A stretch of 64,000 bases of DNA, from NCBI GenBank assembly GCA_003693705.1, contig RBZT01000657.1:62001-126000 (forward strand), read 5' to 3'. Below, piece by piece: positions 1 to 12,920 of this stretch (positions are counted from its first letter, which is position 1; each line of letters starts with the position of its first letter). Under the pieces are notes generated by a model. It saw nothing but the letters and a program-made list of their open reading frames with translations. It had not been told where the DNA came from and searched no databases. The translations under genes were made by a program, and so were the position numbers. The DNA is from Polymyxa betae A26-41 (lineage: Eukaryota; Protista; Endomyxa: Phytomyxea).

Positions 1-89
1 TTGTTGGGTGCCCAACCCTTCCATATTATCTGATTCTCTATATGAATCAGGAGGACGGTCTATGTGCCAGTACTCTTCTCTCATTTGCA

Positions 90-1037
90 ATGACGTCCAG
101 CGTCATATCGCCGCCATCGACACCCCAGCCCGAGCCCCAACCAGAACTCGGGCACCCGCCATCACCGCCCTCATCGCCGCTTCCAGATGACGATTGCATG
201 TTTCCAGTAAAGAAAATCTCGGCTATTATGAAGCGTGCTCTGCCGCCCGGCGCCTTCGTCTCCAATGATGCTAAACGAGCCGTTCAGCGCTGCGTCTGCG
301 AGTTCATATGTTTTCTGACGAGCGAGGCGAGCGATAGGGGTGGTAAAGCTCGGAAAGTGATCGAGAGCGAAGATATTCTGCATGCATTCAGGCATCTTGG
401 GTTCCATCAATATTCGGATTTATGCCAGACCTATATTGGTCGGTTTGCTCTTACATTTGGACGTCAATAATCGCCTACTTACATGACCCAATTAGATCGT
501 TATCGGAGTCAATTTAGAAACGATACGACAGTGATCTCCCAACCACAATATCATCCAACCTCGCATCCTCCGGCATCGTTATCGCCCAACAGCAGGCGGA
601 GGCCTCGAGCCACGTTCACCTCGGCGCCTCAATCGAAGCATCTTCGTCGAGCCGACAACAATCCTGATATTCATGCCTTCAAATCACTGTATGATGTCTC
701 TATTGAAGTCGCTTCATCATTGGTGTATGCTTGGTCGTCACCGATTCTGGAGACAGCTTTGTATCTTGCAGCATCGCCAGCAACGACACCAGCTGCAGCA
801 CCTGCTGACCCAGCAGCCGTATCTCCCATGTTCTTATCCAGGTTGCAGAACATGTCGATGATGTCGCCTGCAATGCTGCCCGAACAAGCTCCAGCTCCAC
901 CGTCAATGATGCTTTCTGGATCCCGATATGCCTTCTCTTCATATAATGCTTTACAAGCAGCTGCCAGGCGTGGCATTACTGTACAGAATTTAATCCTGCA
1001 GAACAGCGCAGCCAACTCATTATCGCAACAATCATGA
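90..1037 (+). CDS. NFYB: NF-YB/HAP3-like histone-fold transcription factor subunit with a long P/Q/A-rich C-terminal tail (spliced)
   Basis: Histone-fold motif MFPVKKISAIMKRALP...SNDAKRAVQRCVCEFICFLTSEASD...IESEDILHAFRHLGF. A GT-AG intron at 439-495 joins it in frame to ORF 483..1037, giving CQTYI|DRYRSQ, which resembles the NF-YB YL.KYRE end. Confidence 0.8.
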
Positions 1038-1319
1038 TGAAGATGCCATCTCTCATGCCATGTATTAATATCACGGTCGTTGCTCGTTCAAGATAGGGCC
1101 ATTCAAAGGCCATCTGTCTTGCCAATAAATGTGAATCTTGACCGTCATCAGAATATCTAGACTGTTCAACACAGAAAGTCTCTATCATGTTTCACTACCT
1201 GATATGGCTGCTGTTACGAATTCTCGAACTGACCCCAACTACATAGTATGGGTTCATATAATAACCAGTGATATCATTCAGGATAAAGCCAAATCTATTA
1301 TCAAGGCCGTTGGCCCAAC

Positions 1320-4016
1320 ATGTCTGTTAAAGACACCAAACATGACAGTATCCGGCTGAGTTTGGGTGATAACAATTCCATCAGCCAGAGCGTGAAAAAA
1401 TCGCAGGACAGCTCGAAGAAGTCGCAGATAAGTAAACTGTTTGAGCCGGTCATGGATGATGCTGCCTGGGAGCTCACTAATGTCACTACAATGATGAAAC
1501 CTCGAGTTAGCAGCATCAGCCAGTTCGATGATGATAGCGACTATGATGGTAATTTCGAGCTATTATGGCCATCAGATACTTGGTATAAACCTTGTGCTGG
1601 TAGATGATGATAAAGTGAAAGAAGCAGTTCATGGTGTTTACAGCTGGTTACGAAAGCGGGCCATTGGCATCACGATCATGATTCTATCGCTGGCTGCCAC
1701 CACGTTAGTCTTTATATTCGATCCAAACAATGAAATCAAGACAACCGAGGCAATTGGGTTATGGATCTGGACAGCATTACCGGGAATGGTGAGATCGACC
1801 ACGACATCGCCGTCGTTGATAATGAGCAAAACCGGGTTGTTCAGATCATTTTGGTGTATCTGGGGTCGGCGATCATAGAGCAAACCGCCTTAACATTGGC
1901 GGTGAAGATATCAGAGAGGCAACCGACCTGGCTTCTGGTCATCATCAAAGAGGAATTAAAGCATTACGTGTAATCAAACATCCACCTTGAAGTTTCCAAC
2001 AGGATTTGGAAACTCGAGGGTTTAGGGTTTCTGTACTTAACTGTTTTTCATTTAGGCGCTTAATTGTGTTTACATTTGCCTTAGACGGTAATTGATATCA
2101 ATTTGTTTGATTTATGGCATGATGTTGATGATCAGATTTCATCCTGGATTGGTTCAATTTCTATAGTGGAAGTCCAGACGCTATTAGACGTATTGAGGCA
2201 TTGATTCGTAATATGCTCCGATCTGTCTATACTGTTGCCGTCCTTCTGATTGTCAGAAACATCCTCCTTAATCTTCTCGAGTACTCGGTCACGAAACGTT
2301 CGTTCCGGAAAGAGATCTATGCCATGGGCCATCTGATCGATACCCTCCAGCGGCTCGTTTGTCGATCCCCATCCGATCACGAAGTACGTCGTGATTCGGG
2401 ATGATGACGAACCCAGGATATACTGACGAGGGTGTTATTCAGGAATTACAGGAAGTATGGAATCAGAGTCTAGAGAGGAAACAGTTCATGTATCGAGTTA
2501 ATGCTATTCGTGATCAACCTATACGTCTGAATGTTGAACAAAGAAATGAACAGAATGGTCGTCTTGCCTGGTTTCAATTTCTACACAGCTTTCAAAACAA
2601 TTTCCTCGAGTTTTTTTGAGCGTTTTTTTTATGATTGCAATTTTCAACGGAAGCTCTGTAGGACCGCGATTGGGATTCTCTAAGATCGACGTCGTTGAGA
2701 TACAGACGGTGAAAGACATGAACCATCTGGTGGAATTTCTATTCAACGATATTGCTGTTAGCGTCAATGAGAACCGCCCATGCATTGAGCTGCCGGATTG
2801 GCGTCAACATTTTAAGGTCATTGTAAACGATCGTGATTGACGAGGCCAACATGAACATTGTTTCAGGATATCAAACAATCGAAACGAGCCTTCGTGGTGC
2901 TGTTCGCCACGAATGCCGCCGTTCTATCGTCTCGAATTGTGTTCAAGGACGATTTCGTAACGGCCTGGCAGAAAGTGTTCAAATCTCGTTCGGCGCTGGC
3001 TAATCAGTTAATGGCTGCCAAGAATGTCTATAAGCTGGTTCAATCAGTTGCCAGTGCTCTATTCTGGGTGATCATGTCAGTCATATTATGGCTGCAAATT
3101 CAGACCCATTTCGTCATTCTAATTCTGTCTCATATTCAGGTTGTTCGTCATTGCGCGTAATTTCGGCTTTGATGTGGGTCAGGTCGTGACAGCCGCCTCG
3201 GCCTTCATCATTTCGTTCGGTAGGGTTTTAGGTTTTTTTTTGCGATTCTTTGACCTAACTGATCTGGCAGCGTTCGCTACAAGTAAGACCCTAAGTCGTG
3301 TAGTTGAATCTATCATGTTCGGTATGAATTCATTCACATATCTGTATGTCTACCATTGACATGTCTTGCAGTTTTCGTATCACATCCATATCAGGTCAAT
3401 GACAGTATCAAAATCGTATGAAACCCTAAACCCTAGAATCCGCCATAACTAATCACTAATAATGGCCATTAGGGCGGGAAATGGTACGTGGTGGAAAGCA
3501 TGGGAATACTGGAGACGCGGGTTCGTGATTCCACCAACTTGGTGACACGTTTGAGCAACGCCGTACTGGCCGATATGGATATCGGCAACGTGGTCTACTC
3601 AAATCATCATCACGTTGTCTGTATTGTTACCGTCTGTATCGCGATTGATACGAGATTGGAGCAGCTTGAGCGGCTTCGTGCCGCTCTGATACGATATACA
3701 TTGCAGAATTCACAGAGCTGGAAGCCAGGACGGGTTACTGTTTCTCAGAACGGCATCAACCCCAACATGAAAATCGAACTCGAGGTTGGCACGCTGGTTT
3801 TGTGGTTGTTCTCATATTGATGATGACGGTATTGTATAGATCCGAGTTGAAAGTACGGTTGAATGGGCAGATTTGCAAGCATATAAAGCACTGGATTTCG
3901 CATTGAAATCCTTCATCTTTAGTACATTGATGTCATTGAACTTAAACTGGGACATGTCTACACAACCGGTCATGTTACTCGAGCAGAAATCAAAGAATCC
4001 TGCCGCAGCATCATAA
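1320..4016 (+). CDS. MscS-like (MSL) mechanosensitive ion channel, multi-exon
   Basis: Several hydrophobic segments, then AFIISF(A)FATSKTLSRVVESIMF, VFVSHPYQVNDSIKI, WYVVESMGILETRVRD and RLSNAVLA..IGN, typical of the eukaryotic MscS domain. Stop TAA at 4014-4016. The start is uncertain. Confidence 0.8.
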
Positions 4017-4145
4017 GAGATACTGGGTAATCGATTCTTCAATGTCAATCACGTTTAATGCAAATATACTTAAAAGATTTATTCTATCACTAAAAGTACC
4101 GTCATGACTATGCATTCGATAGAAAGTGCGTCACTTTGGACTCTA

Positions 4146-4816
4146 CCGTAGGCTCTCTTAGTACTTACTGTATAAACTTATAACTAATATTCGCTTATAA
4201 GTTATGCTCATGGCGTCCACCGATGTCCGTTCTATGGCTTATAACTTATAATCTCTAATACTTTATAACTTATACAATTTTTGTAGATATTAGTTATAAG
4301 AGAGTCACAGTATAGTGAAGCAGAATGCTCTGTACCGGTAGTTTGAATGCATGTTGCAGTATTTTGTATTACATCAACTACACCTCCATTACATCTCTTT
4401 GGTCTTTTGGACAAAAAGGATCGCAGATCAGTCTGTTTGAGCATTGAAATGCTCTGTGCGCTTCTTTCTGGGGACAAATCATAAAGATGGCGAAGTTTTT
4501 TATTTCATTTACATCGTATTCATTCACGCATCAGCAACTCTAGTAGGCACATTGGAACATTTTCTTCGGATTGGTTCCGATCATAGGCGGATGGCACACA
4601 GCACACTTCCCCATGTCTTCACGTAATCCCGTCGAGTTAGGGCCAGGTCCGTTAAAGGACATCACAAGCAAGCGAGCGATAGATTGAACGCAGATTAAAT
4701 GTGCGCATGTTGCGCAGTACAAAACTGCGGACACAAACGTTGCTTGTAAAGAATACTTTCTTATAACTTATACAAATCTTGTCCACCGACCATATAAGTT
4801 ATTAGAGAGTCTACGG
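4146..4816 (-). mobile_element. Non-autonomous, internally deleted Tc1/mariner-superfamily (pogo/Tigger-like) DNA transposon
   Basis: Imperfect terminal inverted repeats: CCGTAGGCTCTCTTAGTACTTA (4146-4167) and TAAGTTATTAGAGAGTCTACGG (4795-4816), each flanked by TA (4144-45, 4817-18). Subterminal TTATAACTTATA and GTCCACCGA repeats. A decayed minus-strand frame contains KQTDLRSFLSK. Confidence 0.7.
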
Positions 4817-5145
4817 TACATTTTCTAGAAAAGTGCGTCACTTTTTTTAAGTCCGGCCCACTTTACAATTCTGCGCAATAACTAAATAGCATAGTGGAAT
4901 TTGTTCTGATTTCAGCAATATGGTGCTCTCATTTAGTTCACTACAAACAATATGAACCATTTCCATTACATGCATCAGTTTTCCAGCAAACACGTGGTCT
5001 TAGGTTGATTTGGGTGAGAAATGGGGTCAACCTATCGACATGGTTTTGTGGCGGTTCAGGAGGCAGAATATTCCCGCACCATGAAACCGGTATGGGGTGG
5101 TATTCCCAGAGGGACGGACTCCGCTGCGGACCAGTGCCCCAGTGA

Positions 5146-7432
<2,287 letters not shown>

Positions 7433-7523
7433 TTACTTGTTCGATTAGTTTTCTGTGTCAAATTTCTATAAAGTGCAGATCGCTTCAGAATTATTATGTT
7501 TCCCAAATTCAGTTTTAACCTGT

Positions 7524-10141
7524 TTAGTTATCGATATCGTAGAACAAGATATATGCTTGGGTCTTTGCTTCATCCAGAGCATGTTCCTCGCTAACCACTC
7601 GAACTGACGAATCGTCAAACCTTCATATAAGCATATTAGGGCAAACTGCCGGCCATTAACGATGTTTGTTACCTCGTCCAAGTTTTCGAAACTGGATCCC
7701 TGTAGTCATGAACGTAATGGCCATTGGAGGCTTGCTGTCCAAGATGAGAGATTACACTTCGCAGCCTATATCTCGCTCCTGGATGCAGCGTTAGGCAACG
7801 GGACTATGCAAGCGAAATGGTCTTACCTGTTTCCCGTATTCTGTCATCCAAACAGTATTTGGAAATATCGAGCTCACGCTCGACCTCAATTGTGTCGTTC
7901 CGTTTGGTACACCTATTCGTCTTTCCGGAAAATTACCGATTCGACATCACAGGTGTGTTAATAAACACTTACTTGTAGGTCTGAATGAAACCTTTTCAAA
8001 TGCAGGATGAGGACCTTCGGGATTTTGGCAATCCCAGGTTCAAGGATTGCTTGGTTGCATTGACAGCTCTCACACCTATCCAGCGATACTGTTCAATTAC
8101 CGTACATTTACCGATAGGTGTGAAATACCTGTATTCCAACGAGTGCCGCTCGAAGTATTTTGAAATCAATGCCGAAATCGAACACTAATCTGGGCTCAGT
8201 CAACACGATGATTGAAATGCAGTAGCTGACTGGTTCCGAGGTTGGATCTGGACCCCATTGAAAGGGCAACGCTGAACATTTGGACTTGCATGCCCAGAAT
8301 CGCCTCCCGGGATTTTCTGCTGTCTTCGAAATCCTAAGTTCTTGTAAGCCATGTTCAGGGCAAGAGCGTGGCTCTTCAGAAGGTACTTCCGGGAGAGTTA
8401 ACGAAAAGTTCCAGCATTGTTCCGACTTTGATCTGCAAAGACTGTCGATATAGTCGGATCTTAGGTACTGCAGATCTATACCTTCTGTATTTACAATTTG
8501 TGCAACACAGTTGATTCTCGGATGTGCTTAAAATACATGTCATTACGTTCTGATAGCTGAAGTTGAAATCGGACACAGAATATAACGAACTCTTACGTTT
8601 GGTAACTTCATTGCAATCGTCTCCTCTTCAATTTTATCTATTAGAGTCGATAAAAATTCGTGTGCATCTTGTTGAGCTCGGTTTGCGAACTGAACTTGAT
8701 AACGCCCCAAACCTAGTATTATCGTTAAAGAAACTGCAAATAATTTGCATGCAAAACCCCAACTTTGCCTAAGATGAGCCATTTCTGCTGCAGCACCGTC
8801 GCTGTGCTCCTCACTTTGCAGATTTCGGATAACATCAAGGAACGCGTTCAATATCGATGGTGTCTCATCATTTTCGTCTTTTGTATGGGAATTAACATGT
8901 TAGAGAAACGGCACGCTTGTATTTACCTTCAAACAACTCTATGGGGTCGGCACCAGAGCTCCCCTTAGCAAATAACGGTATTGCTAGAAGAATATCGATC
9001 CAGCAGGTTGTCTTAGCAAGTGCGCTGATGCAGGCATTCATATAGCAGCTGTTGCCAATATTACGAAGGCCTCCCTTCGGAGGAACTTTGGATGGCGAGA
9101 AGTCGGTTCTTGGAGAATGAATAGGGCGCAGAGGGCTCTCGTTGGGAGAGTTTTTCGTTGGGGAAATTTCAACCTTAGAAAGCGACGACCGAAAACATGG
9201 TCCCCTTGTCGGCGTTCTCGTTGGTGAAAAGTCGGATTTGGGGGAAGGGCAAATTGATTTCTCAGGAGATGATCGTTCATCAAAATTCAACGTCTGAGAT
9301 AGATTCCTTCGGAAGCTCACTTCTGACGATGAACGGCCACCCATTGTCATTGACAAATAATCTTTGCTGGTCGTTCTAATGGGGGTCTTTGGCGCTCCGT
9401 AATCAAGTACTATCTTAGCAGGGGCTGACAATGGAACTGTTCGATCAGGTTGACGTGCAGGCTAAACAGCAGTTCATTAATTCGAATCATGCATTTCTGA
9501 TACCATACTGTGAATGTATCTTGCAAACGCATACCAAAGGAAGGTCGTCGTTTATAAACTTGTGCATGCTCATTCTGAGAATATCTTAAACTAAAAAAGG
9601 CCAGTGCAGATTTCTTACTTTCAAGAGCGTTTCTTCCATTTGCACAGTTTTCCTTTTACGAATAGCAGCGTCCGGATCATATTCTTTTGACAACGATTTT
9701 AACGAATTGACAAATTTCTGAATTTCGTTCAACAAACTCGCTAAAGTAACATGATTGCCTCACATCAATATTTTTACATCCCGGTCTAATAAAGACGTCA
9801 ATGGGCTTCTCGCTCGTCTCTTCAAGAAATGTATATGAGAGTTTATATTCGAATCCTGGCAGAATAGGGGAACGAGTTATGATCCATTTGCCAAGAGTTG
9901 GATCTAACTAAAGCAATATTACAAGATGAGCAAGAGCAGCCTATAGTCGCCCAACCGATCTTTCATAGCAGAAATCCGTTATTTTTGCTGTCTGGGACTC
10001 GAAGAATCTCGCTACCAAACTTCGAGTACCGTCGTGCGTCTTTCTGATTAGGCGAATGCAACTGACTGGTATTTTCCTAATTAATCCTGAAGGAATATGT
10101 CCCTGGCAATGTATCTCAACGATAACATCTGATTGAGACAT
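7524..10141 (-). CDS. Ubiquitin-specific protease (peptidase C19), USP26/29/37-like, multi-exon
   Basis: Cys box GLRNIGNSCYMNA, QQDAHEFL, His box RHLGQATSNGHYV, FDDSSV, and terminal AYILFY. The N-terminal extension is probably the PH-like domain. Confidence 0.85.
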
Positions 10142-10740
10142 TAACAGAGTTCCTGTAAATGAAAGGAAAACGTAAACACCCAACTACTGAGCCAGGCCTG
10201 CGCAAAACATTCGCCTGACTGAAAGAGCCCGCCAAATTTTTCAGTTTTTCAAGTCAGAATAGACCGACAGACCAAGAGACCAATGCAATCTACGTGGGAT
10301 CTGCTTTACCTCTTCATTATAAAGATCGTTTCATCGTGTCCAGCCTTATTATGAGGAGCTGATAGTTTATCAATTGCAGATTTCCTGAAGGGCATTATCT
10401 GCAACTATGCGAATGTATGTTCTAAACTAATGATCCATTGTCAGGACAGCCTGCAAAGTAGCCTCTTAAGCTAATACGAGTAGTTGATATGAATGCATAA
10501 ATTTAGTATGTTGACAGAATTTTGGAATTTTTATGTGAGCTCATGCTGGTATCTCTGATGTTATGTGTTATCCTGGGACGACTTCATTTTAATTCTGCTC
10601 TTAGTCCCGATCAGACTGGAGAATTGTTACCAGCAGTCACTTTAATATTTTTGGACAGCAAAGCTGAACATCATTTGTGAGGCGCAACCCTTCTTCGGCG
10701 GCTATAATACACTCGTCCGTCTGATAAATCTCAGTCCACA

Positions 10741-11343
10741 ATGTCTGACGTAATGGACGTTGACAACAGCGGTGTCTCTGATGGCAAAACCGATCGGTCA
10801 GATATCCCAGGCGCCCTGTCTGATGACGCATTTCCTCGTGTAGAGGTCAAGAAGTGGAACGCTGTTGCACTCTGGCGTTGGGGTGTGTGAAAATTGAACA
10901 TAGTTTCACTGGCCATTGATATGGTTGTGGTTAGATACAGAATATGATACGTGTGCCATTTGTCGGAATCTGATTATGGAATTATGTAAAATTCTTTGCC
11001 TTGTGGCTTCTATGTATTCATGTTCCAACAGGCATCGAATGTCAAGCTGATCAAAGATCAGAATCAAGCGGAGATTGCACTGTTGCTTGGGGAGGTTAGT
11101 CAGTTTATATATGACAGAAACATATAGCTAATAATCGATCTTTAGTGTGCAATCATGGTATGAGAAGTTTCGATTAGGTATCTTGGCAACTGATTTGTAA
11201 CTAGCGTTCCATTTCCACTGCATCAGTCGGTGGCTAGCAAACAGAGGTGTCTGCCCTTTAGGTAAGTTTCAAAAACGAGGTCTCATTGATAATGATTTGC
11301 CGTTTCAGATAACCGTGACTGGGATTTCCAGCGCTATGGATAA
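10741..11343 (+). CDS. RBX1: RING-box protein 1 (cullin-RING ligase subunit), 6 exons
   Basis: [34 protein letters not shown]...[38 protein letters not shown], reassembled across five GT-AG introns. Confidence 0.95.
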
Positions 11344-11990
11344 ATGTTCATCTATTGGGCCCGCTGTTTGTGAACTTGGTTCCAATATATAATATCGCCA
11401 ATCAGAGCAATCTTTGCTGCGTCTTCAAGCCTTATACAACAACAGAATCACCAGAATTCATATCGCTTTAGCTTTTGTAAAACTCTCGATACTATGCTAG
11501 AGAGCATTATCCTTAAATATTATGAAAATGCTTATAATTGAAGATTGTTTTGCATGAGCTTATTGATTTCCGTGATGCTCAATTGAAATGCAGTGCCTAT
11601 TGACCTTAGTGAGGCTCATCCATTCCTATTTGCCCTTTCGTAATTGGTTGATTTTTTCAAAATTTCTGAGCTTCGATTCCTGCTTCTAAACTGATTTTTC
11701 ATAATCAAAGCAATCCTAAGGTATTTTTGTCGCGTTACCAAAGCCAGACTCATCATTTGATGGTCTTGTTATTATGGGCGCTTCTTCATGGACATTTTGA
11801 AGAAAATGTTGCCCAGCAAGATATCAACGAGTGCTTGATGCAGGAAATAGCTTATTTGACGAAATGATGCTTTTTGAAGCTATACGCGGCCATGTGGTGT
11901 GACTCAAGAGGAGCGGCCTCTCCCATCGGTCTGGATTGACTGGAGCAGATACATCTTATAGCGATCTCTTCAGCGATCCTTTTGGATGTT

Positions 11991-12606
11991 ATGGGCAAAA
12001 TCTCCAGCCGGTTTGCACGGCCTAGTATCCGTTTGCTGTTGTTAGGACTAGATGCTGCTGGCAAAACTACCGTCTTAAAATGGATGAAGCGTGGCGTACA
12101 TCAGGAGACGGTTCCCACTATCGGATTTAATGTTGAAGAAATCGTCTATAACAAAATCCACTTTCTTGTTTGGGATGTTGGAGGTCAAGACCGACTTAGA
12201 GCGCTCTGGAGACCCAACTATCGTGGCACTAGTGGAATCTTGTTTGTTGTCGATAGCAGGAAAGAATTTTTTTCATTCTGGGTTTTCTCTAATTTGATGT
12301 CCCTTTATTGTTGGATTATAGTTTATTGATACCTTCTTTAGTGATACGGCAAGGTTAAATATTGCCAGGCAGGAATTGTTATCGTTAACCAAGGAAGAAG
12401 CCCTTCGAGGCGCGACATTCTGTATTCTGGCTAACAAGCAAGACCTTCCGCATGCTTTGAAGACGCATGATCTTGTCTCGGCGCTTAGTGTATCTGAATT
12501 AGAATCAGCAGGGCACCTATGTACTGTTATACCAACAGTAGCTAATAAGGGTGTCGGCATAGATAAAGCATTAGAATGGCTTTCTGAGAACGCCAAGCCG
12601 ATATAG
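11991..12606 (+). CDS. ADP-ribosylation factor (Arf/Arl) family small GTPase, divergent
   Basis: MG start, GLDAAGKTT, PTIGFNVE, WDVGGQD, FVVDS and ANKQD. One intron near 12260-12340. Confidence 0.92.
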
Positions 12607-12920
12607 GCTCAGTCGTTTGCACTCCCTATTCTTCACTCCAACAAAACATGTCTGTGCCTCGATTTTACTGAAGCGCTGCTCTAATTTTTTCCACAGAGTC
12701 CGGGCAGCCAGCCGGTCATTGTCCAATTGCACAAGGACAAATCCAAACATGGAATGAAAAGTGACCTGTTGGATCGGACTTGATATCAGTTTGGAAATGT
12801 CAAATTAATATTGTAATATACATCTAGGAATCACGACACAGTGGCACGGTTTTCTGTAACTTTCAGTCGCTTCGATTTTTGTATAAAAAGGTACAGTGTC
12901 ATTCTGACCATTTCTCCGTC

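Noticed and set aside
470-483. Apparent operon-like or polycistronic spacing between ORFs 42..470 and 483..1037
   Set aside because: Explained by an in-frame GT-AG intron at 439-495.
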